64,000 bases of DNA from a bacterium (GTDB lineage Bacteria > UBA10199 > 2-02-FULL-44-16 > JAAZCA01), in contig CAXXGI010000002.1 of NCBI GenBank assembly GCA_963674695.2, positions 224,001-288,000 on the forward strand, in the 5' to 3' direction. This document shows, piece after piece, positions 18,172 to 27,137 of this stretch. Numbering within the stretch: the stretch's first letter is position 1; each line of letters begins with the position of its first letter. The translations under genes were made by a program, and so were the position numbers. Under the pieces are notes generated by a model. That model was not told where the DNA came from and searched no databases. It worked only from the letters and a program-made list of their open reading frames with translations.

Positions 18172-18315
18172 GCCTTCATCTGAAGGAATGGCAGGGGGGA
18201 CCGCCGTCTCGGCTCAAACGCCGCCTCGACGGCTTTTTCTTCTTTCATCGCAGCATTATAGGCTTCGATTGCGATGAAAGAAGAGATCCCCTCTGCCATT
18301 CCTTCAGGTGAAGGC
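18172..18315 (+). repeat. Family-A structured element, copy 2 (~28-bp closing stem)
   Basis: Same core as at 10770; arms gccttcatctgaaggaatggcagggggg / cccctctgccattccttcaggtgaaggc with two G-T pairs. Confidence 0.9.
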
Positions 18316-18401
18316 TCCAGAGGATGATAGGGCAGGGGTTGCAAACGCTTATGGGGTGTGGTCTGCTGCCGCCCGCTGCTGAAAACTCAAGGAGGCAACA
18401 C

Positions 18402-20144
18402 ATGGAAATTCGAGGAAAACGGGCGTTGGTGTTGGGTGGGGCAGGGCTGGTTGGGCAGGCCATCTGTCGCAAGCTCGTCGATGAAGGGATTGCGGAGATC
18501 GTCGTTTCGTCGCTCTTTGAAAACGAGGCACGCGCTTTCATCGATCAGCTCAAGACTGAATATGGCGATCGCTGTCCGAAGCTGCACGCCGAGTGGGGCA
18601 ACGTCTTCGTGCGTCGGAGCCTCAAAGATCTTTCCCGCGTCGAGTTGCTGGAAAAGGCGAACAATCGCGAACAGCTCATCTCGGATCTCCTCAATCCCCT
18701 CAATCGCGAGATCCTCGAGGCATCGACGATGTTTCACCTCTGTACGAAATATAAACCGGAGCTCGTCGTCGATGCGATCAACACGGCCACCGCGATCTCC
18801 TATCAGAACCTCTTCGCTGCCGCCAAGGAGTCTTTCGACGTCATCCACCGTGCGATGCGCGAGAAGGTCTTCACCGAAGAGGCCTTCGGCACGCTCGAAA
18901 AGCTTCTCGTCACGCAATATCTGCCTCAGCTCATTCGTCACGTGCAGGTCTTTCTCTCCAGCATGGTCGAGGCAAAAAGCGAATGTTACTTGAAGATCGG
19001 CACCTGCGGTACCGGCGGTATGGGGCTCAACATTCCGTATACGCATAGCGAAGATAAGCCCTCACAGATGTTGCTCGCCAAGTCCTCCATCGCTGGCGCG
19101 CAGTCGCTGCTCCTCTTCCTCATGGGGCGCACCCCCGGTGGGCCGGTGATCAAAGAGCTCAAGCCCGCCGCGGCGATCGCCTGGAAGCGGATCGAATACG
19201 GGCCGATCATGCGCAAGGGGCAGCCGATTCTGTTGGAGAACATGACATCGGACGAAGCGGTAGAGCTGACCGATACGCTGGCCAAGGGGCTGAAAAAACC
19301 GGTCGGCTATCTGGAGGAGAACGGAAAAGCGAAGGAGCTCATCGCTCCTTTTATCGACACGGGCGAGAACGGAGTTTTTTCCCTCGGCGAGTTCGAAACG
19401 ATCACCGACGAGGGGCAGATGGAATTCATCACGCCCGAGGAGATCGCGCAGGCGGCCGTCTGGGAGATCTACGGGCGCAACTCCGGTTTCGACATCGTCG
19501 CCGCCCTCGACAACTCGACGATGGGGCCGACCTATCGTGCGGGTTATATGCGCGAACAGGCGCTGGAGAGTTTGAAGCGCTTGCGCAAAGAGACGGGGAT
19601 CGAATCGGTCGCCTTTGAGATCCTCGGGCCGCCGCGTTTGTCCAAGCTCCTCTATGAGGCCTATCTGATGCGCAGCCTCTTCGGTACGTTCGATGGGGTC
19701 GCCGCGCTTTCCGCCGAAGAGCTCTCCGCGCGCCTGGCAGAAAAAATTTCAAGCGATGAAGAACTGCGCAGTCGGATCATCTCGATCGGTATTCCGATCC
19801 TGATGCCGGATGGAAAAAAGCTCGTTCGGGGCAACAAGATCGCGGTTCCGGCCGATGTGCCCGGAAAGCCAGATGCGACCTTTGCCATCACCGACGCCGC
19901 GGTCGAAAAGTGGGCGCACGATGGCTGGCTCGACCTGCGGTCGACGAACATGAAGCGCTGGCAGGAACGCCTGGCAGCGATCTCCGCAGAAGTGGGAAAA
20001 CTCGATCGCTGTGATACCTCCAGCTGTATCACGAAATCGGAGCGCTACTGGACGAAGGCTGAAGAGGGACTGCGCATCGAGGAGGCCAAGCTCGCCAGCT
20101 GGATCTTCATCAACGAGGACGAGGGCGAACGCATGAAGGCGTAA
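18402..20144 (+). CDS. Extended short-chain dehydrogenase-like NAD(P)-binding protein
   Basis: N-terminal Rossmann LVLGGAGLVG; GTGGMGLNIPYTH; AAGGAGG RBS. Confidence 0.7.
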   Translation: MEIRGKRALVLGGAGLVGQAICRKLVDEGIAEIVVSSLFENEARAFIDQLKTEYGDRCPKLHAEWGNVFVRRSLKDLSRVELLEKANNREQLISDLLNPLNREILEASTMFHLCTKYKPELVVDAINTATAISYQNLFAAAKESFDVIHRAMREKVFTEEAFGTLEKLLVTQYLPQLIRHVQVFLSSMVEAKSECYLKIGTCGTGGMGLNIPYTHSEDKPSQMLLAKSSIAGAQSLLLFLMGRTPGGPVIKELKPAAAIAWKRIEYGPIMRKGQPILLENMTSDEAVELTDTLAKGLKKPVGYLEENGKAKELIAPFIDTGENGVFSLGEFETITDEGQMEFITPEEIAQAAVWEIYGRNSGFDIVAALDNSTMGPTYRAGYMREQALESLKRLRKETGIESVAFEILGPPRLSKLLYEAYLMRSLFGTFDGVAALSAEELSARLAEKISSDEELRSRIISIGIPILMPDGKKLVRGNKIAVPADVPGKPDATFAITDAAVEKWAHDGWLDLRSTNMKRWQERLAAISAEVGKLDRCDTSSCITKSERYWTKAEEGLRIEEAKLASWIFINEDEGERMKA

Positions 20145-20167
20145 TCTCGAGGCAATAGCACGCGCTC

Positions 20168-20194
20168 AGGGCGGCCTTCGGGCCGCCCTTTTTT
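20168..20194 (+). terminator. Rho-independent terminator
   Basis: agggcggcc ttcg ggccgccct followed by a T-run. Confidence 0.9.
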
Positions 20195-20219
20195 ATCAAT
20201 TCTGTCATTATATAATATG

Positions 20220-20246
20220 CGCAACTTTTCTCCCTAATCGGCGATA
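20220..20246 (+). promoter_or_regulatory. Putative sigma-28-like promoter (CGCA-N18-CGATA)
   Basis: cgcaacttttctccctaatcggcgataa, 27 nt upstream of ATG 20274. Confidence 0.6.
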
Positions 20247-20273
20247 AGGGAAGAACGCAATGAAGGAGAGAGG

Positions 20274-22163
20274 ATGCGCCTGTTAGGACCACATCTGCTC
20301 GGCATCGGTCTGCCCGATGGGCTTTCGGGTTCGACCGCGGCGATGGAGCTGAATACGGCACTCAATGCGGTCGTAGCGGAATCGATCGATTCCACCGGGA
20401 TCGATACCTATGTGCCGCCGCAGGAGGATCGACAGGGGCTTTTTGCCGTGACCGATCACGTGCCGTTGAAACCGGTCGTTCATGTCGCGCATGTGCACGA
20501 TGGTAGCGAGGCGGTCGTGACCGTGAACGGGCAGGTCGTACCGACGGTCGCGCAGACGGCGGAAGTTGTCGTCATCGAGGACCCGGAATACGACTACAAG
20601 GCGCTGAACGAAGCTCCGCTCTACGGTGCCTATGATTATTCGAGCAATCCCGTCGAGGGGACGCTCGATCGACCGGTATTTCTGGGTTCGGATGAAGAGG
20701 GGGCCGTTCGCTTTCTGATCGAGGGCGAGATCCTGCGCGACATCCCTGCACGGGGCGGGATCGTCCTGGCCTTCTCGCCGGACGAGAACTCCGACCGGGT
20801 GCGGCCATTCTTTGCCGACGGTCGTCCGGTTGGACTCGACACAGGCGAGCCGCTTCTCATTCGATCTGAAAACGAACCCGACATCGTCTATCGCAACGGT
20901 AAACTCTGGATGCCTTCCTTTGGGCGCGCGCGCATGGATCTGTTGCTCGCGCATTCGGACGGTTGCATCGAGGCGATTCGCCGACGATCGATGAACGAAG
21001 ATGACCTGCGTTTCCAGCGCAACGAAGAGACCGGAACCTTTACCTTTTCGAGCGGGGACGGGCCGATGTTCGATCAGACCGGATATCTGGAGGGATTTCG
21101 GACGGCGGGATATCTTATGGATCCGATCGCACAATCGGAATCCCATTCCTTCTTTCGGTTGAACGATCGTGTCGTAGCAGCCGATGCCGATCGCGGTTGG
21201 CGGATCGAACAGGATCCTAAACGGTGGAGGCGGACGGGCTTCGTTCAAGATGAGGATGAAATTCCTCGCGTTATCACGCGCGGTGGCGAAGCGGCAGTCA
21301 TCTTCGAAGAGCTCTCCGACGGCGATCTGATCGTCGGTCGTTCGGTTGCAGGCGGTCTGCATCCGGCCCGCGCCGAGGGGTGGCGGTTTTTTCGTGGAAT
21401 GAACGATGGACGTGTGCGCATGCTCTCGAAGCGCCAGGTGCGTGCGCGGTTTCGTTCGATAGTTCAAGAGGGTATGGCGTCCGAGTTCGAACGACTGCTC
21501 GAACCCGCGGCCGAGGTGTGGTGGGAGGGGACGATTGCGTCATCCGCAACTGACGGTGAAGATCTGCATCTGCTTCGATTGCGAAACGGGACGTCAAAAC
21601 ATCGCATTGCGGTTCATCTCTCCGCCGGCGATGCCGCATCTACGATGATGATCGCCGGCGTCGAGGTCCTCTTCCGAACGCCTACGGCCGATGAAATACT
21701 GGCGGCGTTCGCGGTGCAGCCGTGGCGATTGCTGCGACGCTTGGCTCTGGTGACCGTGGCGCCGGACATGGAGATCGATCTGAAGGATATGGATGACGAT
21801 TTCGATGCCGCGCGGTGGTACGAGGGTCGAAAGATGCTCGAACTCTTTCCGATCTTCGACGGTGCCCCCCTGGGCAAGGTGGGTGAGATGCAGCGACTGC
21901 CTCGCCTCATCGGGCACGAGCTGGGGCATGCGGTGGATGAAGGGCGTGCGCTGCATCGCCGACTCCTGGCCATGGCCATGACGCTCGACGGCGTGGCGCT
22001 CGATCGCTATCTGCTCAAACATTTTCCGGATGCCCATCACGAGCGTGCGCTGGCCGAGCGCATCGCCGATCTCGTCTCGATTGCGCGCGAGGATCATGAC
22101 GGTCTCATCGCGGCAGCGCCGCACACGGCCGACTTCATCGCGTGGCTGATAAATCGCTCGTGA
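20274..22163 (+). CDS. Orphan protein with C-terminal HExxH zincin-like motif
   Basis: 629-aa ORF, AAGGAG RBS; GHELGHAVD followed by a downstream Glu (ALAERIAD). Confidence 0.7.
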   Translation: MRLLGPHLLGIGLPDGLSGSTAAMELNTALNAVVAESIDSTGIDTYVPPQEDRQGLFAVTDHVPLKPVVHVAHVHDGSEAVVTVNGQVVPTVAQTAEVVVIEDPEYDYKALNEAPLYGAYDYSSNPVEGTLDRPVFLGSDEEGAVRFLIEGEILRDIPARGGIVLAFSPDENSDRVRPFFADGRPVGLDTGEPLLIRSENEPDIVYRNGKLWMPSFGRARMDLLLAHSDGCIEAIRRRSMNEDDLRFQRNEETGTFTFSSGDGPMFDQTGYLEGFRTAGYLMDPIAQSESHSFFRLNDRVVAADADRGWRIEQDPKRWRRTGFVQDEDEIPRVITRGGEAAVIFEELSDGDLIVGRSVAGGLHPARAEGWRFFRGMNDGRVRMLSKRQVRARFRSIVQEGMASEFERLLEPAAEVWWEGTIASSATDGEDLHLLRLRNGTSKHRIAVHLSAGDAASTMMIAGVEVLFRTPTADEILAAFAVQPWRLLRRLALVTVAPDMEIDLKDMDDDFDAARWYEGRKMLELFPIFDGAPLGKVGEMQRLPRLIGHELGHAVDEGRALHRRLLAMAMTLDGVALDRYLLKHFPDAHHERALAERIADLVSIAREDHDGLIAAAPHTADFIAWLINRS

Positions 22164-22202
22164 TACTTGCATCCAGTGGTACACGGGCGTATTTCGATAC
22201 CC

Positions 22203-22583
22203 ATGACCCTTCCGACCAAACGCTTTCGAAAGCTCAACGAGGACTTCACCTGTGAACACTGCGGGCGCGAGGTTCCGGCTGCTTCCGGCGGCACGCCGCG
22301 CAACCACTGTCCCTTCTGCCTCTGGTGCAAACATGTCGATGTGAACCCCGGCGATCGCGCCAACCCCTGCAAGGGTTCCCTGCGCCCGATCGGCGTCGTG
22401 AGCGATGCGCGCAAGACCTATGTGATCATGCACGAGTGCCAGCGCTGCGGCGAGCGCACGCGCGCACGCGCCATCCTCGACGACGATGTGGCCGCCGACG
22501 ACATCGATCTTATTCGGGAGTTATCAGCAAAGCCGATTGAAAATGAGCGGGCAGGAGCGCCAAAAAAGAAAAAACGGCGGTGA
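22203..22583 (+). CDS. RNHCP-domain protein
   Basis: FTCEHCG, RNHCPFCLWCKHVD, PGDRAN and HECQRCG motifs. Confidence 0.9.
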   Translation: MTLPTKRFRKLNEDFTCEHCGREVPAASGGTPRNHCPFCLWCKHVDVNPGDRANPCKGSLRPIGVVSDARKTYVIMHECQRCGERTRARAILDDDVAADDIDLIRELSAKPIENERAGAPKKKKRR

Positions 22584-22619
22584 TTGCTCACCGCCGAGAT
22601 TGATAACAAATCTGAGTTT

Positions 22620-22647
22620 TGTCATCCCCGCGAAAGCGGGGATGACA
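22620..22647. repeat. Single REP-like palindrome
   Basis: tgtcatccccgc gaaa gcggggatgaca between convergent genes. Confidence 0.8.
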
Positions 22648-22660
22648 ACAGCACGGTTCG

Positions 22661-22996
22661 CTATATCTGTCCCTGCAGCAGGAAGGCAATCACCAACGCA
22701 TAGATCACGAGCGATTCGATGAGCGCGAGCGCGATGATCATCGGCGTGAGCACGCGCTTTCCCGCCTCCGGGTTGCGTGCGATGCCCTCCATGGCGGCGG
22801 CGGCCACCTTGCCCTGCCCGATGGCGCCGCCGAGGGCGGCCAAGCCGATGGCGATTCCCGCGCCGATAGCGAGCGCCCAGCGATAAGCGCCGAACTTCAT
22901 GACCTTGGTCGTCTCCGTGAAGGTTTCCTGCGCGACGACGAGAAACGGAAAGAGGGCGACGTACGTTCCGGTGGCAAGGGCTGCGATGCGCTTCAT
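22661..22996 (-). CDS. atpE: ATP synthase F0 subunit c
   Basis: GIARNPEA loop and LALIESL (ion-binding Glu); GAGGAGG RBS. Confidence 0.95.
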   Translation of the reverse strand: MKRIAALATGTYVALFPFLVVAQETFTETTKVMKFGAYRWALAIGAGIAIGLAALGGAIGQGKVAAAAMEGIARNPEAGKRVLTPMIIALALIESLVIYALVIAFLLQGQI

Positions 22997-23015
22997 CGAA
23001 AACCTCCTCGAATGA

Positions 23016-23735
23016 TTACTCGACCTCATCGCCCGCCTGCGCGAGCGCGATATAGATGACTGAGAGCAAGGTAAATACAAACGCCTGAATAAACGCAACA
23101 AAAATTGCCAGCATCATGAAAACGATCGGGACGATCACCGGAGCGATCCCCTCGAAAATCTGCAGGACGACGTGGTCGCCCAGGATGTTGCCCATGAGTC
23201 GGATCGAGAGCGAGACCGGTCGCACGATGTGGCTGATCAGCTCGATGGCGAGCATGAGCGGGGCCAGCCAGACGACCGGCCCGGTCATATGTTTGAAATA
23301 GCGGCGGATGCCATGTGTCTGGATGCCGATAACATTATAATAGAGAAAGACCACGACGGCACAGGCGAGGTTGGTGTTGATGCTCTCGGTCGGAGGGCTC
23401 ATCCCCGGCACGATGCCCGTCAGGCTGGAGATGAGCAGGTAGAGGAAGAGCCCCGCGATCAGCGGGAGGTGGCGTCGGGCGGTCGGCCCGAGGGCATCCT
23501 CGAGCATGCGCAGCAGGGCCTCAACGATGACCTCAGCGATGTTGGCGAGCGTGGTGCGATTCTCCGGAACGAGGCGGTCCTCGGTGTGGCGCAGTTTTCG
23601 CCAGATGAGCAGGGAGATGATCAGGATGAAGATGAGGACGATGAGGGCCGAGATCACGTGTTCATACTGATCGCCCCAGGATGGGGGCAGCCCCGTCAGA
23701 TCCACGAACCACGCGATGAGGGAGAAGCGATCCAT
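23016..23735 (-). CDS. atpB: ATP synthase F0 subunit a
   Basis: RPVSLSIRLMGN and FIQAFVFTLLSVIYI motifs. Confidence 0.95.
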   Translation of the reverse strand: MDRFSLIAWFVDLTGLPPSWGDQYEHVISALIVLIFILIISLLIWRKLRHTEDRLVPENRTTLANIAEVIVEALLRMLEDALGPTARRHLPLIAGLFLYLLISSLTGIVPGMSPPTESINTNLACAVVVFLYYNVIGIQTHGIRRYFKHMTGPVVWLAPLMLAIELISHIVRPVSLSIRLMGNILGDHVVLQIFEGIAPVIVPIVFMMLAIFVAFIQAFVFTLLSVIYIALAQAGDEVE

Positions 23736-23741
23736 GTATCC

Positions 23742-24158
23742 TCACGATGCCTTCGACCGACTCGGTATCTCCTCGCATCGCCCGGAGCGCACTGTTGTCA
23801 GTGCCGCGACGAGTAGGGCGGCGACGACGCTCGAAAACCCAGCGAGGAAGGCAAACGAATCCACCCGGCGCATGTGCAGCAGCCACCAGATGAATCCGCC
23901 GATGATCAGCAATTTGAGTGACCCGATGATGAGGATCGCCGTCGTCTTGGCGCCCGTCGGGTTGTGCATCAATCGATTGAGCGTCAGGATCAGGATGGTG
24001 AAACTGGCCATGCCCACGGCGGTACCTGCGGCGATGCCGATGGCGAAATCGGTGCGCCCCAGCAGCAGCGCGAACAGCGTCGCCATACCCCCCAGCGTAC
24101 CCCCGATGATGAGGACGCGACCGATGAGCGCGGTGATGGTGCGGGCGGGTGTCGTCAT
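23742..24158 (-). CDS. atpI: ATP synthase subunit I-like membrane protein
   Basis: Four TM segments, directly upstream of atpB, ATGA overlap with the atpZ-like gene. Confidence 0.75.
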   Translation of the reverse strand: MTTPARTITALIGRVLIIGGTLGGMATLFALLLGRTDFAIGIAAGTAVGMASFTILILTLNRLMHNPTGAKTTAILIIGSLKLLIIGGFIWWLLHMRRVDSFAFLAGFSSVVAALLVAALTTVRSGRCEEIPSRSKAS

Positions 24159-24394
24159 GGGCGCTTGGTCTCCATCCACCGCACGATGCGGATCAGGTTC
24201 ACGATGCCACCGGCAAAACCGGCGATCAGGCCGATGGCGGTAAAGAGCGGCGAGGTGCCCCAGTGCTTGTCGGCCCAATCGCCGATGAAGAGCCCGGCCA
24301 CCGTCGAGGTTGCCAGCTGCACGCCCGCCGAGACATAGAGCGCCGCCCCCGCATACGGCGGGAGTTTCCCCGATGAGGAGCCACGGCTGAGCAT
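24155..24394 (-). CDS. atpZ: AtpZ/AtpI-family small membrane protein
   Basis: GLFIGDWADKHWGTSPLFTAIGLIAG pattern; first gene of the F0 operon. Confidence 0.8.
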   Translation of the reverse strand: MLSRGSSSGKLPPYAGAALYVSAGVQLATSTVAGLFIGDWADKHWGTSPLFTAIGLIAGFAGGIVNLIRIVRWMETKRP

Positions 24395-24413
24395 AAAGGG
24401 TGTTTAACACAGG

Positions 24414-24440
24414 ATGGTCAATGGTCAATGGTCAATGGTC
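24414..24440. repeat. Heptamer tandem repeat (ATGGTCA)x4
   Basis: atggtca atggtca atggtca atggtc between the orphan gene stop and atpZ. Confidence 0.85.
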
Positions 24441-24448
24441 TGCAGTTC

Positions 24449-25627
24449 CTACCCCCCGACGAGACCCTTGAGGATATCGCCGGTTCCCTCCACACCGTCC
24501 ATGAACCAGTACTGTACGCCGTCGACAGTGATGGCGACATCCCAGGTGTGAATATCGCTGGCCCTGGCATAGGAGCTGTCTTCACTCAAGATCTTTCCCC
24601 ACGTATTGCTCGGCGAGGGGCGTGTGGCGATAACGATCGTTGCACCCTTATAGATGAAGCTGGCCGTGAGGTCCTTGATTCCGGCGCAGGCGCTGACGAT
24701 CTCTTCGTTCGGCGTGCTCTGAAAGGCATATCCGTCGAACGGCTTGGTAGCCGCACCTCCGCCGGGGAGGCGCTGCATGCAGGAGAATTCGAGCTTCTTT
24801 CCCTTGCGCCCAACCGTGCGCTGATGGTCGAGCGCTTCGCGCAGGAGTTTTTTGATGGAGGCGATCTTTTTGGGGGCCAGCGCCTTCCGGATATCGCGGC
24901 CGTATGCCTTGACGTCTTTATCCTCCACTTTTCGTACACAGCCGCCCGCCGATTCCTTGGCGGCACCGATCACCTTTCCGCCGCAGATGGTGCCCTTTAC
25001 GACGCGACGATGGTCGGGGACGCTGTCGATCTTCCCGCCGGTCGTCACCACCCAGTCGATGCGTTGATCGCCGCTCTTTACCCTGAGGTCGTTGCTCCGC
25101 TGCCACTGCCCTTTGACCTGCTCGCGGGCATCCTTGAAGATGACATAGCGCGAGAACTGAGAGCCTATATCCGGCGGAGCGGTGAACTCCACATAGGTCT
25201 CGCTGTTGGGCATGATGACGACGGAGGTGAGCCCTTTTTGTGTCTGCGGGTGACTCAGCGAGGACTTGTCGTCGGAGGTGCTCACCTGGGGCCGAGCTTC
25301 CTTCCGACTCGCTTTCATCTTCTTTTTCCGACAGGTCTTGGTCAGCCCGTGTTTGCCGTTGATCCTCACCTTCTTGAGGCCTTTCGCATCCTCCACGCTG
25401 CGGAAGAGGCGCGGAATCCATGCCGCACAGGACGAACCCGGCTTGGCGGTGATGGAGGTCTTGAGTCCCGGTCCCGTGAGCGTGACCTTTTTCTTCCCCT
25501 TCTTTTCGAGGATGAAGCACTGGCGCACGAGCGCCTCGCAGGTACACTGAGCCCGTTCCCCAAGCTTCTCACCGAAGGGTTCGCACTTGGGATAAAAATT
25601 CGCTGCTGTTTTTTTGACCTTGCCCAT
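24449..25627 (-). CDS. Orphan basic Cys-rich protein with type-II N-domain (FYPxC)
   Basis: Begins MGKVKKTAANFYPKCEPFGEK; first ~100 aa homologous to the 29754 protein; GGAGAGGGG RBS. Confidence 0.8.
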   Translation of the reverse strand: MGKVKKTAANFYPKCEPFGEKLGERAQCTCEALVRQCFILEKKGKKKVTLTGPGLKTSITAKPGSSCAAWIPRLFRSVEDAKGLKKVRINGKHGLTKTCRKKKMKASRKEARPQVSTSDDKSSLSHPQTQKGLTSVVIMPNSETYVEFTAPPDIGSQFSRYVIFKDAREQVKGQWQRSNDLRVKSGDQRIDWVVTTGGKIDSVPDHRRVVKGTICGGKVIGAAKESAGGCVRKVEDKDVKAYGRDIRKALAPKKIASIKKLLREALDHQRTVGRKGKKLEFSCMQRLPGGGAATKPFDGYAFQSTPNEEIVSACAGIKDLTASFIYKGATIVIATRPSPSNTWGKILSEDSSYARASDIHTWDVAITVDGVQYWFMDGVEGTGDILKGLVGG

Positions 25628-25681
25628 CGTCCCCTCTCCCTTCACGCCGACGCAGCCGTGATCACGGCGGCGATTCCCCTG

Positions 25682-25708
25682 TATCGTCCTTTCTCCAAAA
25701 AAGGTGCG
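25682..25708 (-). promoter_or_regulatory. Putative sigma-28-like promoter (CGCA-N18-CGATA)
   Basis: Reverse strand reads cgcaccttttttggagaaaggacgata; a second near-site (GCA-N19-CGATA) lies at 25750-25776. Confidence 0.6.
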
Positions 25709-25946
25709 TGTTTTTTTTGCATCCAAAAAAAAACCGCTGTCATAAGGGGTATCGGCGTTTACCGCGAAAATGATGCTCGGAATTTCTATATGGCGAAACG
25801 ATTTCGGGTCTGCCCCGATGGGTCCGGCCCGGACCGCTCCCGAAAGGCGGTTATTTCACACTGATTTTAAAGGGTTACACTCTGCATGCTTGCCATCGGG
25901 TGGGCGGGCATGCTACGCCCCGCTTTCCCGGAAAGGAAGGATCCCC

Positions 25947-26948
25947 ATGCGTTTCCCGCTCTCGCAGACGATGACCGTTTTTCGCTACATGCGCCGGCAA
26001 AAACAGGCCGGAAAGACCCGATTTCCGCTCGTGCTCATGCTCGAGCCGCTCTTTGCGTGCAACCTGGCCTGTTCGGGCTGTGGGCGCATCCGTGAATATC
26101 GCGACGACATGAAGCGGATGATGCCGCTTGAAGAGTGCCTCAAGGCCGTGGACGACTGCGGCGCGCCGGTGGTCTCCATCTGCGGCGGCGAGCCGCTCCT
26201 CTACCCGGAGCTTCCGGAACTCATCGAGGCCATCATCGCCCGTGGTCGCGTGGTCTATCTCTGCACGAACGGCCAGACGCTGGAGAAATCGGTTCAGAAG
26301 CTTGTGCCCCACAAGCGCTTCAACATCAATGTGCACCTCGACGGGATGGCAAAGACCCACGACATCATCGTCGAGCGTGAGGGCGCCTTTGCCAAGGCTC
26401 TCGACGGCATGCGCGCGGCGAAAAAGGCGGGTTTCACCGTCTGCACCAACACCACCGTCTATGCCCAGACCGATGTCGAGGAGGTCAAGGAGCTCATTCG
26501 GTTCCTCGAGGATGAGGGGATCGACGGCATCCTGCTCTCGCCTGGCTTCGACTATGGCGATGTGGAGGATCAGTCGGTCTTTCTGACGCGCGAAACGGTG
26601 AAGGAGAAATTCTCACAGTTGCGCGAGGCGGGGCGCTCAAAAAAGGTCTGGGCCACGCCGCTCTTCCTCGACTACCTCGCGGGAAAACGCGATTTCGCCT
26701 GCACGCCCTGGGGGAACGTCACCTATAATCTGCGCGGCTGGAAGGCGCCCTGTTATCTCGTCACCGATGAGCACCGCACCGAATGGTCCGACTTCATCGA
26801 TGGTGTCGATTGGGGCAAGTACGGCCCGGGCAACGACGAGCGCTGCACCAACTGCATGGCCCACTGCGGGGTCGAACCGACCATCGCGCTCACCGCGCAA
26901 GACTCCATCAAAGATGCGCTGACCATGGCCCGCTGGACGCTGTTTTGA
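25947..26948 (+). CDS. hpnH: Adenosyl-hopene transferase (radical SAM)
   Basis: FPLVLMLEPLFACNLACSGCG, GGEPL, CTPWG, PCYL and CTNCMAHCG motifs. Confidence 0.92.
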   Translation: MRFPLSQTMTVFRYMRRQKQAGKTRFPLVLMLEPLFACNLACSGCGRIREYRDDMKRMMPLEECLKAVDDCGAPVVSICGGEPLLYPELPELIEAIIARGRVVYLCTNGQTLEKSVQKLVPHKRFNINVHLDGMAKTHDIIVEREGAFAKALDGMRAAKKAGFTVCTNTTVYAQTDVEEVKELIRFLEDEGIDGILLSPGFDYGDVEDQSVFLTRETVKEKFSQLREAGRSKKVWATPLFLDYLAGKRDFACTPWGNVTYNLRGWKAPCYLVTDEHRTEWSDFIDGVDWGKYGPGNDERCTNCMAHCGVEPTIALTAQDSIKDALTMARWTLF

Positions 26949-26970
26949 GATTGATGACAAATCCGGCTGT

Positions 26971-27068
26971 TGTCATCCCCGCCCCCGATTCAATCATTCG
27001 AGGGCAGGCTCCAGCGGGGATCTCGATGGGCATTACAAGCGAGACTCCCGCCTGCGCGGGAGTGACAA
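26971..27068. repeat. Composite REP-like doublet inside an outer inverted repeat (gattgatgacaaatcc / ggattttgtcatcaatc)
   Basis: First REP loop carries the insert ccccgattcaatcattcgagggcaggctcca, also present in reverse orientation near 62820-62855. Confidence 0.8.
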
Positions 27069-27137
27069 TCTTGAGTTCCATGAAAATAACAGTGCAGGAG
27101 GATTTTGTCATCAATCTGGTTCTAACGGTATTTTCTA

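Noticed and set aside
22661-24394. Missing F1 and b-subunit genes as a sign of a defective ATP synthase
   Set aside because: Split atp operons with a separate atpZ/I-B-E unit are common in deltaproteobacterial lineages.
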